A DNA stretch of 64,000 nt from an uncultured Gemmatimonadales bacterium (lineage in GTDB: Bacteria > Gemmatimonadota > Gemmatimonadetes > Gemmatimonadales > GWC2-71-9), in contig CAVPRU010000003.1 in assembly GCA_963707875.1 (NCBI GenBank), positions 358,498 to 422,497 on the forward strand, read 5' to 3'. This document shows positions 1 through 9,753 of the stretch, one piece after another. Positions within the stretch are counted from its first letter, which is position 1, and each line of letters starts with the position of its first letter. A program made the translations under genes and the position numbers. The notes under the pieces are model-generated. The model saw nothing but the letters and a program-made list of their open reading frames with translations. It made no database searches and was not told the origin of the DNA.

Positions 1-693
1 CGCCAGCGGGATCATCGTTTCGTGGTCGGCCCGGGTCACGTACTCGAAGTAGGCCTCATCCACCAGGATCACACTGTCCAGGGAGGCGGCCAGCATCCGA
101 TCGAGGGCGGCCTTGACCGCCGCCGGGCCGTGCATCGTGGCGGTCGGGTTGTTGGGGTTGCAGAGGAAGACCAGCCCCGCCGAAGCCGAGGCGTCGGCCA
201 TCCGGTCGAGGTCGAGCAACAGCCCCGGCGCGAGCGCGGTCTCCACCACCGGCACCCCAAGCACCCGGGCCCGGTTGGTCGGCAACTCGAAGGTCGGGGA
301 GGCCGTCACCAGACCGCGCGTCGGACCGGTAAAGGCGTCCACGGCCACCCGGAGAATCTCGCTCGACCCCTGGCCCAGCAGAATGTTCTCATCCTTGACC
401 TTCAGGTGCTGGGCGATCGCCTCGATCAGCTTCTCGTTGCTGACGTCCGGGTAGCGACAGGCCTCGGAGAACATCCCCTGGATCGCCTCGAGGGCCTGGG
501 GAGCCGGGCCATACGGGTTCTCGTTGCTGTCGAGCCGGGTTTCCGGGAGCCGCAGAGGATTGGGCCGGGCCGACCTGAGCTCGCGATAGCCGGCGGAGAT
601 GGGCTCCATCCCGCGGGCGGTGATGAAGGGCAGCGCTGTCGCGGCGCTCCCCGCGCCGAGCGCGCCAAGGAAGGAACGGCGGGTGAGACTCAT
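1..693 (-). CDS. PLP-dependent class I/II aminotransferase (histidinol-phosphate aminotransferase-like) with Tat signal peptide; 3' end runs off the window
   Basis: Manual translation from ATG at 693: MSLTRRSFLGALGAG (twin-arginine motif) ... RLDSNENPYGP (HisC-like). The ATG overlaps the stop of the upstream permease (ATGA). Not in the ORF track because it is truncated. Confidence 0.8.
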   Translation of the reverse strand, partial: MSLTRRSFLGALGAGSAATALPFITARGMEPISAGYRELRSARPNPLRLPETRLDSNENPYGPAPQALEAIQGMFSEACRYPDVSNEKLIEAIAQHLKVKDENILLGQGSSEILRVAVDAFTGPTRGLVTASPTFELPTNRARVLGVPVVETALAPGLLLDLDRMADASASAGLVFLCNPNNPTATMHGPAAVKAALDRMLAASLDSVILVDEAYFEYVTRADHETMIPLA

Positions 694-2009
694 GACGAAC
701 CCCTTTCCGGAGAAGGCCGGTGGCGGACCGCCAGCCAATGCACCGTGGCCAGTGCGGCAAAGATACCCAGCAGCATGGCCTCGCGACCGGTCATCCGGGT
801 CGCCAGGGCCAGGGAGAAGACCAGGCCAAGTCCGGCCAGCAGGCTGCCAAACGGGAGCCGGAGCAGGGCCGGCGCGACCCCGTCGGCATCGCGCCAGCGG
901 AGGACCGGCAGGGCCAGGCACACAATCCCGTAGGTGGACAACCGGGACACCGCCGAGAGACTCAGATTCTGCAGCAGACTGCCCTGCACCGCCAGCACGG
1001 CGACCAGCGCGGCAAAGACCACGATCGACACCCCTGGGGTCCGGAACACCGGATGGACCCAGGCCATGACCCGGGGGAGGTCGCCCCGTTCGGCCATCGC
1101 GAAGGTCAGCCTCGGCACATTGAGCATCGCACCAGCGAGGTAGCCATAGACCGAGATGAGCGCGGCCGCTGCCATGAACACCGCCCCTGCCGAGCCCATC
1201 ACCACCCGAGCCGCTTCGGCGAGGGGGCGCTGGCTCGCGCCAGGATCGGGGAGCACCACCAGCACGGCGAACTGAACCGCGGCGTAGATGATCGTCACCA
1301 CCACCAGCCCCACAAACAGCGCAAATGGCGCGTCCCGTCGGGGATCCTTGGCCTCCGCCATCGGCATCAGCGCCGCCTCGAATCCGCCGTAGGCAAAGAT
1401 CAGCAGCAGCATGACCTGCATCCAGCCGGCCGGGGTGGTGTCGGTCGCGATCGGCGCCGCGATCGCGCCATGGGACGAAAACCACCAGATCCCCAGTCCC
1501 ACGAAGACCAGCAGGGGGAGCATCTTGGCAACCGCAAAGAGGTTGCTCATGCTGGCCCCGCTGCGGACCCCGCGGAAGTTGACCAGCGCCAGGAAGGCCA
1601 GCAGCACGACGGTGATGAACGCTGCCCCGGCTCGGCCCGACGCCGGATCCCAGAACTCGCCGAAGTAGGCGGTGAAGACGTTGACATTGGTGGCCGCCGC
1701 GGTAAGCCGGACCAGGTAGCTCATCCACCCCATCTGCAGACCCAGAAACCGGCCGAACGTCTCGTGGGTGTAGAGGTATGGCCCCCCGGCCCCGGTGAAG
1801 CGCGAGGCCACCTCGGCGAAGCACGCCATGATGACCCCGATGACCAGGGCGGCCACCAGCCAGGCCATCAGCGACTGGGTGCCCAGCCGGGCCGCCACGG
1901 TTCCGGGAAGGGCAAAGATTCCGCTCCCGATGATGGCATTGAGAACCAGCGCGGCCAGACTCCAGCGACCGATGGAACGAACCAGACCGGCGCCGTCGGG
2001 CAGGGTCAT
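690..2009 (-). CDS. APC family amino acid permease
   Basis: 439 aa, highly hydrophobic; NAIIGSGIFALPG, GGPYLY and FAYGGFE motifs typical of APC transporters. Confidence 0.9.
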   Translation of the reverse strand: MTLPDGAGLVRSIGRWSLAALVLNAIIGSGIFALPGTVAARLGTQSLMAWLVAALVIGVIMACFAEVASRFTGAGGPYLYTHETFGRFLGLQMGWMSYLVRLTAAATNVNVFTAYFGEFWDPASGRAGAAFITVVLLAFLALVNFRGVRSGASMSNLFAVAKMLPLLVFVGLGIWWFSSHGAIAAPIATDTTPAGWMQVMLLLIFAYGGFEAALMPMAEAKDPRRDAPFALFVGLVVVTIIYAAVQFAVLVVLPDPGASQRPLAEAARVVMGSAGAVFMAAAALISVYGYLAGAMLNVPRLTFAMAERGDLPRVMAWVHPVFRTPGVSIVVFAALVAVLAVQGSLLQNLSLSAVSRLSTYGIVCLALPVLRWRDADGVAPALLRLPFGSLLAGLGLVFSLALATRMTGREAMLLGIFAALATVHWLAVRHRPSPERGSS

Positions 2010-2066
2010 GCTTTGCTCGGGTTCAAGAGGAGGATAGCTGGCAAGCTACTGCCGGCCAGGGTGGGA

Positions 2067-2145
2067 CGGCACCCTGCGAGGTGGGCGAGTCGCCGGCTCG
2101 GGCGGGGCGGCACCCTGCGGGTTGTGCGAGTCACCGGATCGGGCG
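2067..2145. repeat. Two imperfect 38-bp direct repeats (41-bp period) in a divergent intergenic region
   Basis: cggcaccctgcgaggtgggcgagtcgccggctcgggcg (2067-2104) vs cggcaccctgcgggttgtgcgagtcaccggatcgggcg (2108-2145); 5 mismatches. Confidence 0.8.
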
Positions 2146-2163
2146 CAGATTCCGCCGACCCCC

Positions 2164-3519
2164 ATGACCCAGTACCGCTACCCCGAGACCAGCGTCCTCT
2201 ACCGGGATCTCACCCGGGAGTTCCCACTTGCCGTCCGGGGAGAGGGGTGCTGGATCATCGACGCCGCCGGAAAGCGGTACCTGGACGGCAGCGGGGGGGC
2301 CTTCGTGGCCACGGTGGGCCACGGGGTGGCAGAGATCGCCGAGGCGGTGGCCGAACAGGCCCGGACCCTGCCGTACGTCAACGGCACCCACTTCACCTCG
2401 GAGCCGGTGGAGCGCCTGGCCGCCACCCTGGTGGACCGCGCCCCCGGCGATCTCTCGCTGGCCTACTTCCTGACCAGCGGCTCCGATGCGGTGGAGGCGG
2501 CGCTCAAGCTGGCCCGCCAGTACTGGGTCGAGGCCGGGGAACCCCGGAAGCACAAGGTCCTGTCGCTGACGCCCGGGTATCACGGCAACACCATGCTGGC
2601 ACTGGCCGCCTCGGGGCGCCCCCGGTACCAGGCCTATTTCCGCGACTGGCTGACTCCGGTCCCCAGAGTGGCCGCGCCCTATCCGTATCGCTGCGCCTGC
2701 CGGGGAGCTGCTCCGCTCTGTCCGGCATGCACCGGAGACGCCCTCGAGCAGGTCCTGCTGGAGGAGGGCCCCGAGACGGTGGCGGCCTTCATCGCCGAAC
2801 CCATTGGTGGATCATCGACCGGCGCATCGGTTCCACACCCGGAGTACTGGTCGCGGATCCGGCAGCTCTGTGACCAGTACGGGGTGCTGTGGATTGCCGA
2901 TGAGATCCTGGCCGGCGCGGGACGGACCGGGGTCTGGTCGCCGCTGGAGCGCTACGGGGTCAGCCCCGACCTGATGGTCATGGGCAAGGGAATCACCGGG
3001 GGGTACGCCCCGCTGGGCGTCGTCCTGGCACCCCGCCGGCTGGTGGATCGGATCGCCAGGGGGAGCGGGTCATTGATGCACGCGCAGACCTACGTTCACC
3101 ACCCGCTGAGTTGCGCCGCCGGTCTCGCGACCATTCGTTACCTGGATCAGCACGATCTCGTCACCCGATGCCAGGCCATGGGGGAACGGCTCCACGCCGG
3201 CCTGGCCGGGTTGCAGGAGAGCCCGATCGTGGGCGACATCCGGGGCATCGGATTGCTGGCGGGAATCGAACTGGTGGCCGACCGGGCCACCCGGGCGCCG
3301 TTCTCCCGGAAGGAGCGGGTCGCCGAGCGATGCATCGCGCTGGCGATGGAGGCGGGACTGGTCCTGTGGCCCAACACCGGCCAGGCCGATGGGATGGCCG
3401 GCGACCTGTTGATGATCGCCCCGCCATTCACCATTTCGCCCGAAGAGATCACCCAACTGGTCGACCGACTGCACGGGGTGCTCACCCGGATGCACTCGGA
3501 ACTGACCGTCACGACGTAG
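2164..3519 (+). CDS. Class III PLP aminotransferase (BioA/omega-amine:pyruvate-like)
   Basis: YLDGSGGA, SGSDAVEAALKLARQY, YHGNT, FIAEPI, WIADEILAGAGRTG, MGKGITGGY. ATG at 2164 preferred to the ORF-track start at 2122. Confidence 0.9.
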   Translation: MTQYRYPETSVLYRDLTREFPLAVRGEGCWIIDAAGKRYLDGSGGAFVATVGHGVAEIAEAVAEQARTLPYVNGTHFTSEPVERLAATLVDRAPGDLSLAYFLTSGSDAVEAALKLARQYWVEAGEPRKHKVLSLTPGYHGNTMLALAASGRPRYQAYFRDWLTPVPRVAAPYPYRCACRGAAPLCPACTGDALEQVLLEEGPETVAAFIAEPIGGSSTGASVPHPEYWSRIRQLCDQYGVLWIADEILAGAGRTGVWSPLERYGVSPDLMVMGKGITGGYAPLGVVLAPRRLVDRIARGSGSLMHAQTYVHHPLSCAAGLATIRYLDQHDLVTRCQAMGERLHAGLAGLQESPIVGDIRGIGLLAGIELVADRATRAPFSRKERVAERCIALAMEAGLVLWPNTGQADGMAGDLLMIAPPFTISPEEITQLVDRLHGVLTRMHSELTVTT

Positions 3520-3533
3520 CTGGAGAGGCACCC

Positions 3534-4868
3534 ATGGCCGACCGCGACTATCCCCACATGGTGGTCACCCCGCCGGGGCCCAGAGCCCGGGCCATCGTCG
3601 ACCGGGACGAGGCCTGGACCTCCTCCTGCTACATCAAGGAGTACCCGCTGGCCATCGTGGGTGGGCGGGGCTGCATGGTCGAGGACGCCGACGGCAACAA
3701 GTACCTCGACTTCATGGCGGGAATCGCGGTCTCCTCCACCGGCTACGGCCACCCCAGGGTGGTGCAGGCGGTGAAGGACGCCGCCGACAAATTCCTCCAC
3801 ATCTGCGGCTCGGATTTCTACTTCGAGGGGATGGCGGCGCTGGCCGAGCGACTCGCGAAGGTCGCTCCAGGACCCAGCCGGAAGCGGGTCTTTCTCTCCA
3901 ATTCAGGTACCGAGGCGGTGGAGGGCGCGATCAAACTGGCGCGCTACGCCACCAGGCGGACCGCGATCGTGGCCTTCAAGGGCGCCTTCCACGGCCGGAC
4001 CACCGGGGCCTTGAGCCTGACCGCCAGCAAGTCCCGACAGCGGGCCGGGTTCGGGCCGTTGCTGCCCGGGGTGTACCACGTCCCCTACGGCTACTGCTAT
4101 CGCTGTGAATTCGGGAAGACCTTTCCGTCGTGCCAGCTGCACTGCGTCCACGCGATCGAGAAGGACCTCTTCAAGCGCCAGCTCGATCCGGCCGACGTCG
4201 CGGCGATCTTCGTCGAGCCGATCATGGGCGAGGGCGGCTATGTCCTCCCGCCGCCCGGCTGGCTCAGCGCGCTCCGGGAGCTCTGCACCAGACATGGCAT
4301 CCTGCTGGTGGCCGATGAGGTGCAAAGCGGCATCGGGCGGACCGGGAAGATGTTTGCGGTGGAACACGAGGGGGTCGAGCCCGACATTCTGCTCAGCGCC
4401 AAGGGGCTCGGCAGCGGGATGCCGATCGGAGCGATCATCTCCCGGGAGGAGATCACCACCTGGCCCAGCGGGGCGCACGGTTCGACCTTCGGTGGCAATC
4501 CGGTCTGCTGTGCCGCGGCTTTGGCCACCCTCGATCTGGTGGAGAACGGGCTGATGGCCAACGCCGAGCGAATGGGCGCCCGGCTTCGGGCGGGTCTCGA
4601 CCGGCTGGCGGAGCGGTACCAGGTCATCGGCGACATTCGGGGGCATGGGCTGATGCTCGGCGTCGAGTTTGTGACCGACCGCGCCTCGAAGACCCCGCAT
4701 CCGGATCTGGTGGAGCGCCTGGTCCAGACCGCGTTTACCCAGGGCCTGCTGCTCCTGGGCTGCGGACCCAGCAGCCTGCGGTTCGCGCCGCCGCTGGTGG
4801 TGGACGAGTACGACATCGACCTGGTGCTCCGGAAGCTCGACGAGCTGCTGGGGCAGCTCACGGCGTAA
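3534..4868 (+). CDS. Class III PLP aminotransferase (acetylornithine/4-aminobutyrate aminotransferase family)
   Basis: YLDFMAGIAV, NSGTEAVEGAIK, FHGRT, DEVQSGIGRTG, AKGLGSG, HGSTFGGNP; GGAGAGG RBS before ATG 3534. Confidence 0.9.
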   Translation: MADRDYPHMVVTPPGPRARAIVDRDEAWTSSCYIKEYPLAIVGGRGCMVEDADGNKYLDFMAGIAVSSTGYGHPRVVQAVKDAADKFLHICGSDFYFEGMAALAERLAKVAPGPSRKRVFLSNSGTEAVEGAIKLARYATRRTAIVAFKGAFHGRTTGALSLTASKSRQRAGFGPLLPGVYHVPYGYCYRCEFGKTFPSCQLHCVHAIEKDLFKRQLDPADVAAIFVEPIMGEGGYVLPPPGWLSALRELCTRHGILLVADEVQSGIGRTGKMFAVEHEGVEPDILLSAKGLGSGMPIGAIISREEITTWPSGAHGSTFGGNPVCCAAALATLDLVENGLMANAERMGARLRAGLDRLAERYQVIGDIRGHGLMLGVEFVTDRASKTPHPDLVERLVQTAFTQGLLLLGCGPSSLRFAPPLVVDEYDIDLVLRKLDELLGQLTA

Positions 4869-7460
4869 TGTCTGGCGCGACGCTTCGCAGAGTCCTGCTC
4901 CTGCTGCCCCTGGCCATGGGGACGATCGGGTCCCATCCGGTGCAGGCGCAGCAGCGGGAGCCGGTCCTCAAGCAGATCCAGGTCCCCCATCACTACTACT
5001 ACCGGGAGATGTACCTCCCGCAGGTAACCAGTGGGCCGTCCTCGGCCAGCTGGAGCCCCGACGGCACTCAGCTGATCTACAGCATGCAGGGCTCGCTCTG
5101 GCGGCAACGGCCAGGAGATTCGATCGCGACCCAAGTGACCGGCGGCGACGGGTACGACTACATGCCCGACTGGTCGCGGGCCGGGCGGTGGGTCGTCTAC
5201 TCCAGCTACCGCGAGGATGCCCTGGAGCTCCGGCTGCTCGACCTGACGACCGCCTCCACCCGGTCCCTGGTGTCCGATGGGCAGGTTCACCTCGACGCCA
5301 AGTTCTCCCCTGACGGCCGCCGCCTGATGTGGGTCTCCACCGCTTTCGCGGGGCGCTGGCACGTCTACCTCGCCACGTTTGACCCGGCCACCGGCACCCT
5401 CGGCAAGGCAGAGCGGATCACCGAGGACCGCGACAGCGGCCTCCCGCGGTACTACTACAGCCCATGGGACCACTACCTGTCTCCCAGCTGGAGCCCCGAT
5501 GGCCGCGAGCTGATTCTGGTCTCCAATCGGACCCGGATCTGGGGCACCGGCGGGTTCTGGCGGATGGAGGCTCGCGCCGGTGCGCCGATGCGGGAGATCT
5601 GGTATGAGGAGACCAGCTGGAAGGCGCGCCCCGACTGGGCCCCCGACGGTCGGCGGGTGGTTTACTCCGGCTACCACGGCCGGCAGTGGAACCAGCTCTG
5701 GCTGATGACCGCCGACGGCGGCGATCCGTTCCAGCTGACCTACGGGGAGTTCGACGCTACCGCCCCGCGCTGGTCGCCCGATGGACAGCGGATCGCGTTC
5801 ATCTCCAATGAGGCCGGGAATACCGCGCTCCGGGTGGTGGACATCCCGGGCGGAAGACAGGCCGCGGTGATACCCCAGGTCAGACACTACCTGGCTCCGA
5901 CGGGAACGGCCCGGCTCCGGGTCACCGACTCGGCCGGTGCGCTGATCAGCAGCCGGCTGTCGGTCTTTGAGGAGAGTGGTCGGAGCTGGGCCCCGGACGA
6001 CGCCTGGCGCACGGCGACGAACTGTTCGTTCGCGACGAGCGCCAGTTCGAGTACAACTACTTCCACACCGACGGGGAGTCGGTACTGACCCTCCCGCCGG
6101 GCGCTACGCCGTCGAGGCCTGGAAAGGACCCGAGTACAGCATCGGCCGAGCGCTGGTGACCGTCACCGCGGGCGGGATGGTTTCCCAGACCGTTGCGCTC
6201 GACCGGCTCATGGACCTGCCGCGCCATGGCTGGTGGGGCGGCGATCTCCACGTCCACATGAACTACGGCGGCACCTATCGGGACACGCCGGCGTGGCTCC
6301 GCCGGCAGGCCAGGGCCGAAGGACTCCATGTGGTGGAGAACCTGATCGTCAACAAGGAACAGCGGATCCCCGACATCGGTTACTGGCGGCCCGGCCCAGA
6401 CCCGGTCTCGTCGTCCGATTTCCTGCTGATGCACGCCGAGGAGTTTCACACCAGCTATTGGGGCCACTCGGCTCTGCTGGGATTGAATGACTATTTCCAG
6501 CTGCCCAATTACGTCGGCTACGTCAACACCGCCGCGGCGAGCCTGGTCCCGATGAACGCCGAAGTGTTCGATCGGGCCCGGGCCCAGGGGGCGATTACCG
6601 GATACGTCCATCCCTTCGACAGCCGGCCCGACCCGTACGATCGCTCAGCGCCGGTCCGCTACGAGCTGCCGATCGATGCCGCGCTCGGCAAGGTGGACTA
6701 TTTCGAGGTGATGGGATTCAGCGACCACCTGATCACCTCGGAGTTCTGGTACCGGCTGCTCAACAACGGATTCCGGATCGCCGCCGGCGCCGGGACCGAC
6801 GCCTTCCCAAACTACGCCTCCCTCCGGGGCCCACCGGGGTTGGTGCGAGTGTACGCCCGGACCGGTGGACCGCTGGATCATCGGAGCTTCCTGGACGCCA
6901 TCAAGGCGAGCCGCACCTTCGTCACCAACGGTCCGCTGCTCGGGTTCGGCGTGCGGGCGCCCGACAGTCCTCGCGGTCAGCGCCCGATCACCGACTCGGC
7001 GGGGTGGTACGGGATCGGGGACGACATCCCGCTGCCGGCAGGTCGGCACACCATCCAGGTTCAGGTCACCCTGCGCTCCAACACCCCGGTCGATCATCTC
7101 GAGCTCATCGGCAGAGGCAAGGTGGTGGCTTCCATTCCCCTCCGCGGTGACCGGACCGCGGTGGACACCCTGATCACGGTGCCGGTGGAAGCCAGTGGAT
7201 GGTTCGTCCTCCGGGCCTGGGCCGATCATCCGGCCGAACCGATTCTCGACCTCTACCCCTTTGCCAGCACCAGCCCCTTCTGGGTCACGGTGGACGGCAA
7301 ACCGGTGCGGTCGACGGAAGACGCCGACTATTTCATCACCTGGATCGATCGGGTGCGTGAGGACGTGGAGCAGCACCAGGGGTGGAACACCCCGGCCGAG
7401 CGGACGAGTGTCCTGGAGATGATCGCCCGGGCCCGGGCCATCTACCAGAGCCGCCGCTAG
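4868..7460 (+). CDS. Secreted PD40/TolB-like beta-propeller fused to a CehA/McbA-type PHP metallohydrolase (split by frameshifts near 6009 and 6095)
   Basis: Signal peptide and repeated WSPDG motifs in ORF 4868-6088; GDLHVH, HAEEFHT, GYVHP, GTDAFP in ORF 5967-7460. The bridging frame reads HGDELFVRDERQFEYNYFHTDGE. Confidence 0.75.
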
Positions 7461-7463
7461 TCC

Positions 7464-7949
7464 ATGAACCGGCGAAAGGAGCAGGGTATGCGACAGGTCT
7501 TTTCACTCGTTCCGGCTGAGATGTCCCCACTGTGGATTCTCTGGGTGACGGTCCTCATGCTGGTGATTCTGACCGTCCTGCATCTGCTGATCGCCCGGCA
7601 GCCGGAGAGGATCCGGCTGACCGTGACCCCGGAGGGCCTCGAGGTAACAGGTGGCTGGTACCAGCGGTTCATCGGACTCGACAAGCTCAATGTCGATGGC
7701 GCCCAGCCGCTCGACCTGAGGCAGGCCGAGGGGTACCGGCTCAAGTGGCGGACCAACGGGATCGGGATGACGGGGTACAAGGCGGGGTGGTTCCGGCTCC
7801 GCAACGGGGAGAAAGCGGTGGTCTTCATCACCGACCCGAGCCAGGTGGTCTACATCCCGACCACCAAAGGGTACGCAGTCATGGCCAGCGTGGCCGACGC
7901 CCGCGGGGTGATTGGCGCCCTTCAGCAGGCCAAGGCCGCGGGGCGATAG
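7464..7949 (+). CDS. Membrane-anchored bacterial PH-domain protein
   Basis: One N-terminal TM segment, then RTNGIGMTGYKAGWFRLRNGEKAVVFITD, typical of bacterial PH-domain proteins. Confidence 0.6.
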   Translation: MNRRKEQGMRQVFSLVPAEMSPLWILWVTVLMLVILTVLHLLIARQPERIRLTVTPEGLEVTGGWYQRFIGLDKLNVDGAQPLDLRQAEGYRLKWRTNGIGMTGYKAGWFRLRNGEKAVVFITDPSQVVYIPTTKGYAVMASVADARGVIGALQQAKAAGR

Positions 7950-7950
7950 G

Positions 7951-9753
7951 TTACCGGTCCGGTACCTCCGGCAGGATGATCCGCGACCGGGCCCCCGGGC
8001 CGTGGTGAATCATGATCCGGGCCTTCCGGCCAACCGACGACGCGAATTCCAACTCCCCGGTGTGCAGATTGTGTGACATGTGCGGTGCGAAGGAGGTCAT
8101 CACCGCGATCCGGATCCGGTGCCCGGCCTTGAACCGGTTGGCGGTCAGCAGGTTCGGCAGGCGCAGTCGATAGACCGACCCCGGCACCAGCAGTTTCCGC
8201 TCGACTCCGCCATCGCGATAGCTGGCCCGGATCACGTCCAGCCCCGGGCTCATGAGGTTCCAGGCCGTTCCGTCGGGCGCCACATCGAACAGCTTGACCC
8301 AGAGATCGGTGTCCGGCGCATCGGTCGAGAGATAGACCTCGGCCTCGATCGCCCCGATGACCGTCAGGTCGGCTGCCAGCGGCTCGGTCTCGAAGATCAG
8401 GACGTCGTCCCGGCCGACCAGCGCCCGGTAGTCGTGCGCCCCGGACTGCTCCGCCCACGGGTCCCGAACCGGCTGGGCCGGATCGGAGACGAAACTGGTC
8501 GAGGCCGCACCGGCCGCGAGCGTGTCGCCCGACAGCCGCCCCGGCCCGGACAAGTACAGCGACCGGCCCCTTGCCCCGGGAATCGGCCAGGCCGACGCCG
8601 TTCGCCACCGGTTCTCCCCCATGACGAAGATCCGGACCGGCGGCTCCCGATCCACTCCGTTGTCGATCTCCCGCACCCACCGGTCCATCCACCGAAGTAC
8701 CGTCTCGTCATAGTCGAAGACCGCCTCCGGCCCCATCTCCCGATGGCCGGTGACGCTCCGCACCATCGGGCTGACGCCGTGAATCCAGGGACCCATCAGC
8801 AGCCTGGTCCGGGAACCCGCTCCCCGGTCCTTCACCAGTCCCATGTAGTTCTCGGTGGCGCCAGACGGCCCGTAGGCATCGTCGTGCCAGGCGGAGAGGT
8901 TGAGCACCGCGGCACTGGTCCTGTGGTACCTGGTGGTCAGATCGGCCCAGTCCCACCACGGGTCAGCGGCCGGATGACGCATCCACTCGTAGTACCAGTC
9001 GGCGATCCCCTGGAACGCCGACATCGCCCCCAGCGGCCTGACGTCCTGGAGCGGACGTCCCTGCCCGGCCCACGCCGCGCGGGCTGCTTCCCCCGTCTGT
9101 GGTCCGGCAAGCCCCGCCCGCCTCCTGAGGTCCGGAGCAATGCTGTTCCAGATCCACGGGATCCAGGAGGCGTCCCAGACATTTCCCGAATACCAGAAGT
9201 GCCGGGCTGATGCGAAGGTCATGGCGGGCACCATCGCCTTGAGACTGGGAGGACTCTCGACGGCCGCGAGCCACTGGACCGCGCCTGGATAGGAGAGCCC
9301 CACGGTGCCGACCCGGCCGTTGGACCAGGGCTGGGCCGCGGCCCACTCGATCGTGTCGTACCCGTCCCGCCCTTCCTGCTGGTAGGGCAGGAACACCCCA
9401 TCGGAGTGGTACCGGCCGCGGACGTCCTGGCTCACCACGGCGTACCCGCGTTCAACCGCCTTGCGATAGAGCCCGAAGGTCCGGAGCACTCCGTCCTTCC
9501 CGTAGGGCGTCCGATACACCAGCACCGGGAACGGGCCAGCTCCTGCGGGACGCCAGACGTCTGCCCGGAGGATGACCCCGTCCCGCATCGGGACCGCGAC
9601 ATTCTCCTCCAGCACCGCCCCCGGGACCTGCACCTGGGGTTGCTGGGCGTGGAGGGCCTGTCCGGTGAGCAAGACAAGGCCCAGCAGAACGCCACCGGCC
9701 CGCTTGGTACCCGTGGCAATCGATGAACGCGTGATGTCGCGGGCCATTCTCAC
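7951..9753 (-). CDS. CocE/NonD family hydrolase (S15-like)
   Basis: VPMRDGVILRAD, RTPYGK, QDVRGRYHSDG, nucleophile motif GLSYPG, MGPWIH, C-terminal PepX-like domain. Confidence 0.92.
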   Translation of the reverse strand: MRMARDITRSSIATGTKRAGGVLLGLVLLTGQALHAQQPQVQVPGAVLEENVAVPMRDGVILRADVWRPAGAGPFPVLVYRTPYGKDGVLRTFGLYRKAVERGYAVVSQDVRGRYHSDGVFLPYQQEGRDGYDTIEWAAAQPWSNGRVGTVGLSYPGAVQWLAAVESPPSLKAMVPAMTFASARHFWYSGNVWDASWIPWIWNSIAPDLRRRAGLAGPQTGEAARAAWAGQGRPLQDVRPLGAMSAFQGIADWYYEWMRHPAADPWWDWADLTTRYHRTSAAVLNLSAWHDDAYGPSGATENYMGLVKDRGAGSRTRLLMGPWIHGVSPMVRSVTGHREMGPEAVFDYDETVLRWMDRWVREIDNGVDREPPVRIFVMGENRWRTASAWPIPGARGRSLYLSGPGRLSGDTLAAGAASTSFVSDPAQPVRDPWAEQSGAHDYRALVGRDDVLIFETEPLAADLTVIGAIEAEVYLSTDAPDTDLWVKLFDVAPDGTAWNLMSPGLDVIRASYRDGGVERKLLVPGSVYRLRLPNLLTANRFKAGHRIRIAVMTSFAPHMSHNLHTGELEFASSVGRKARIMIHHGPGARSRIILPEVPDR

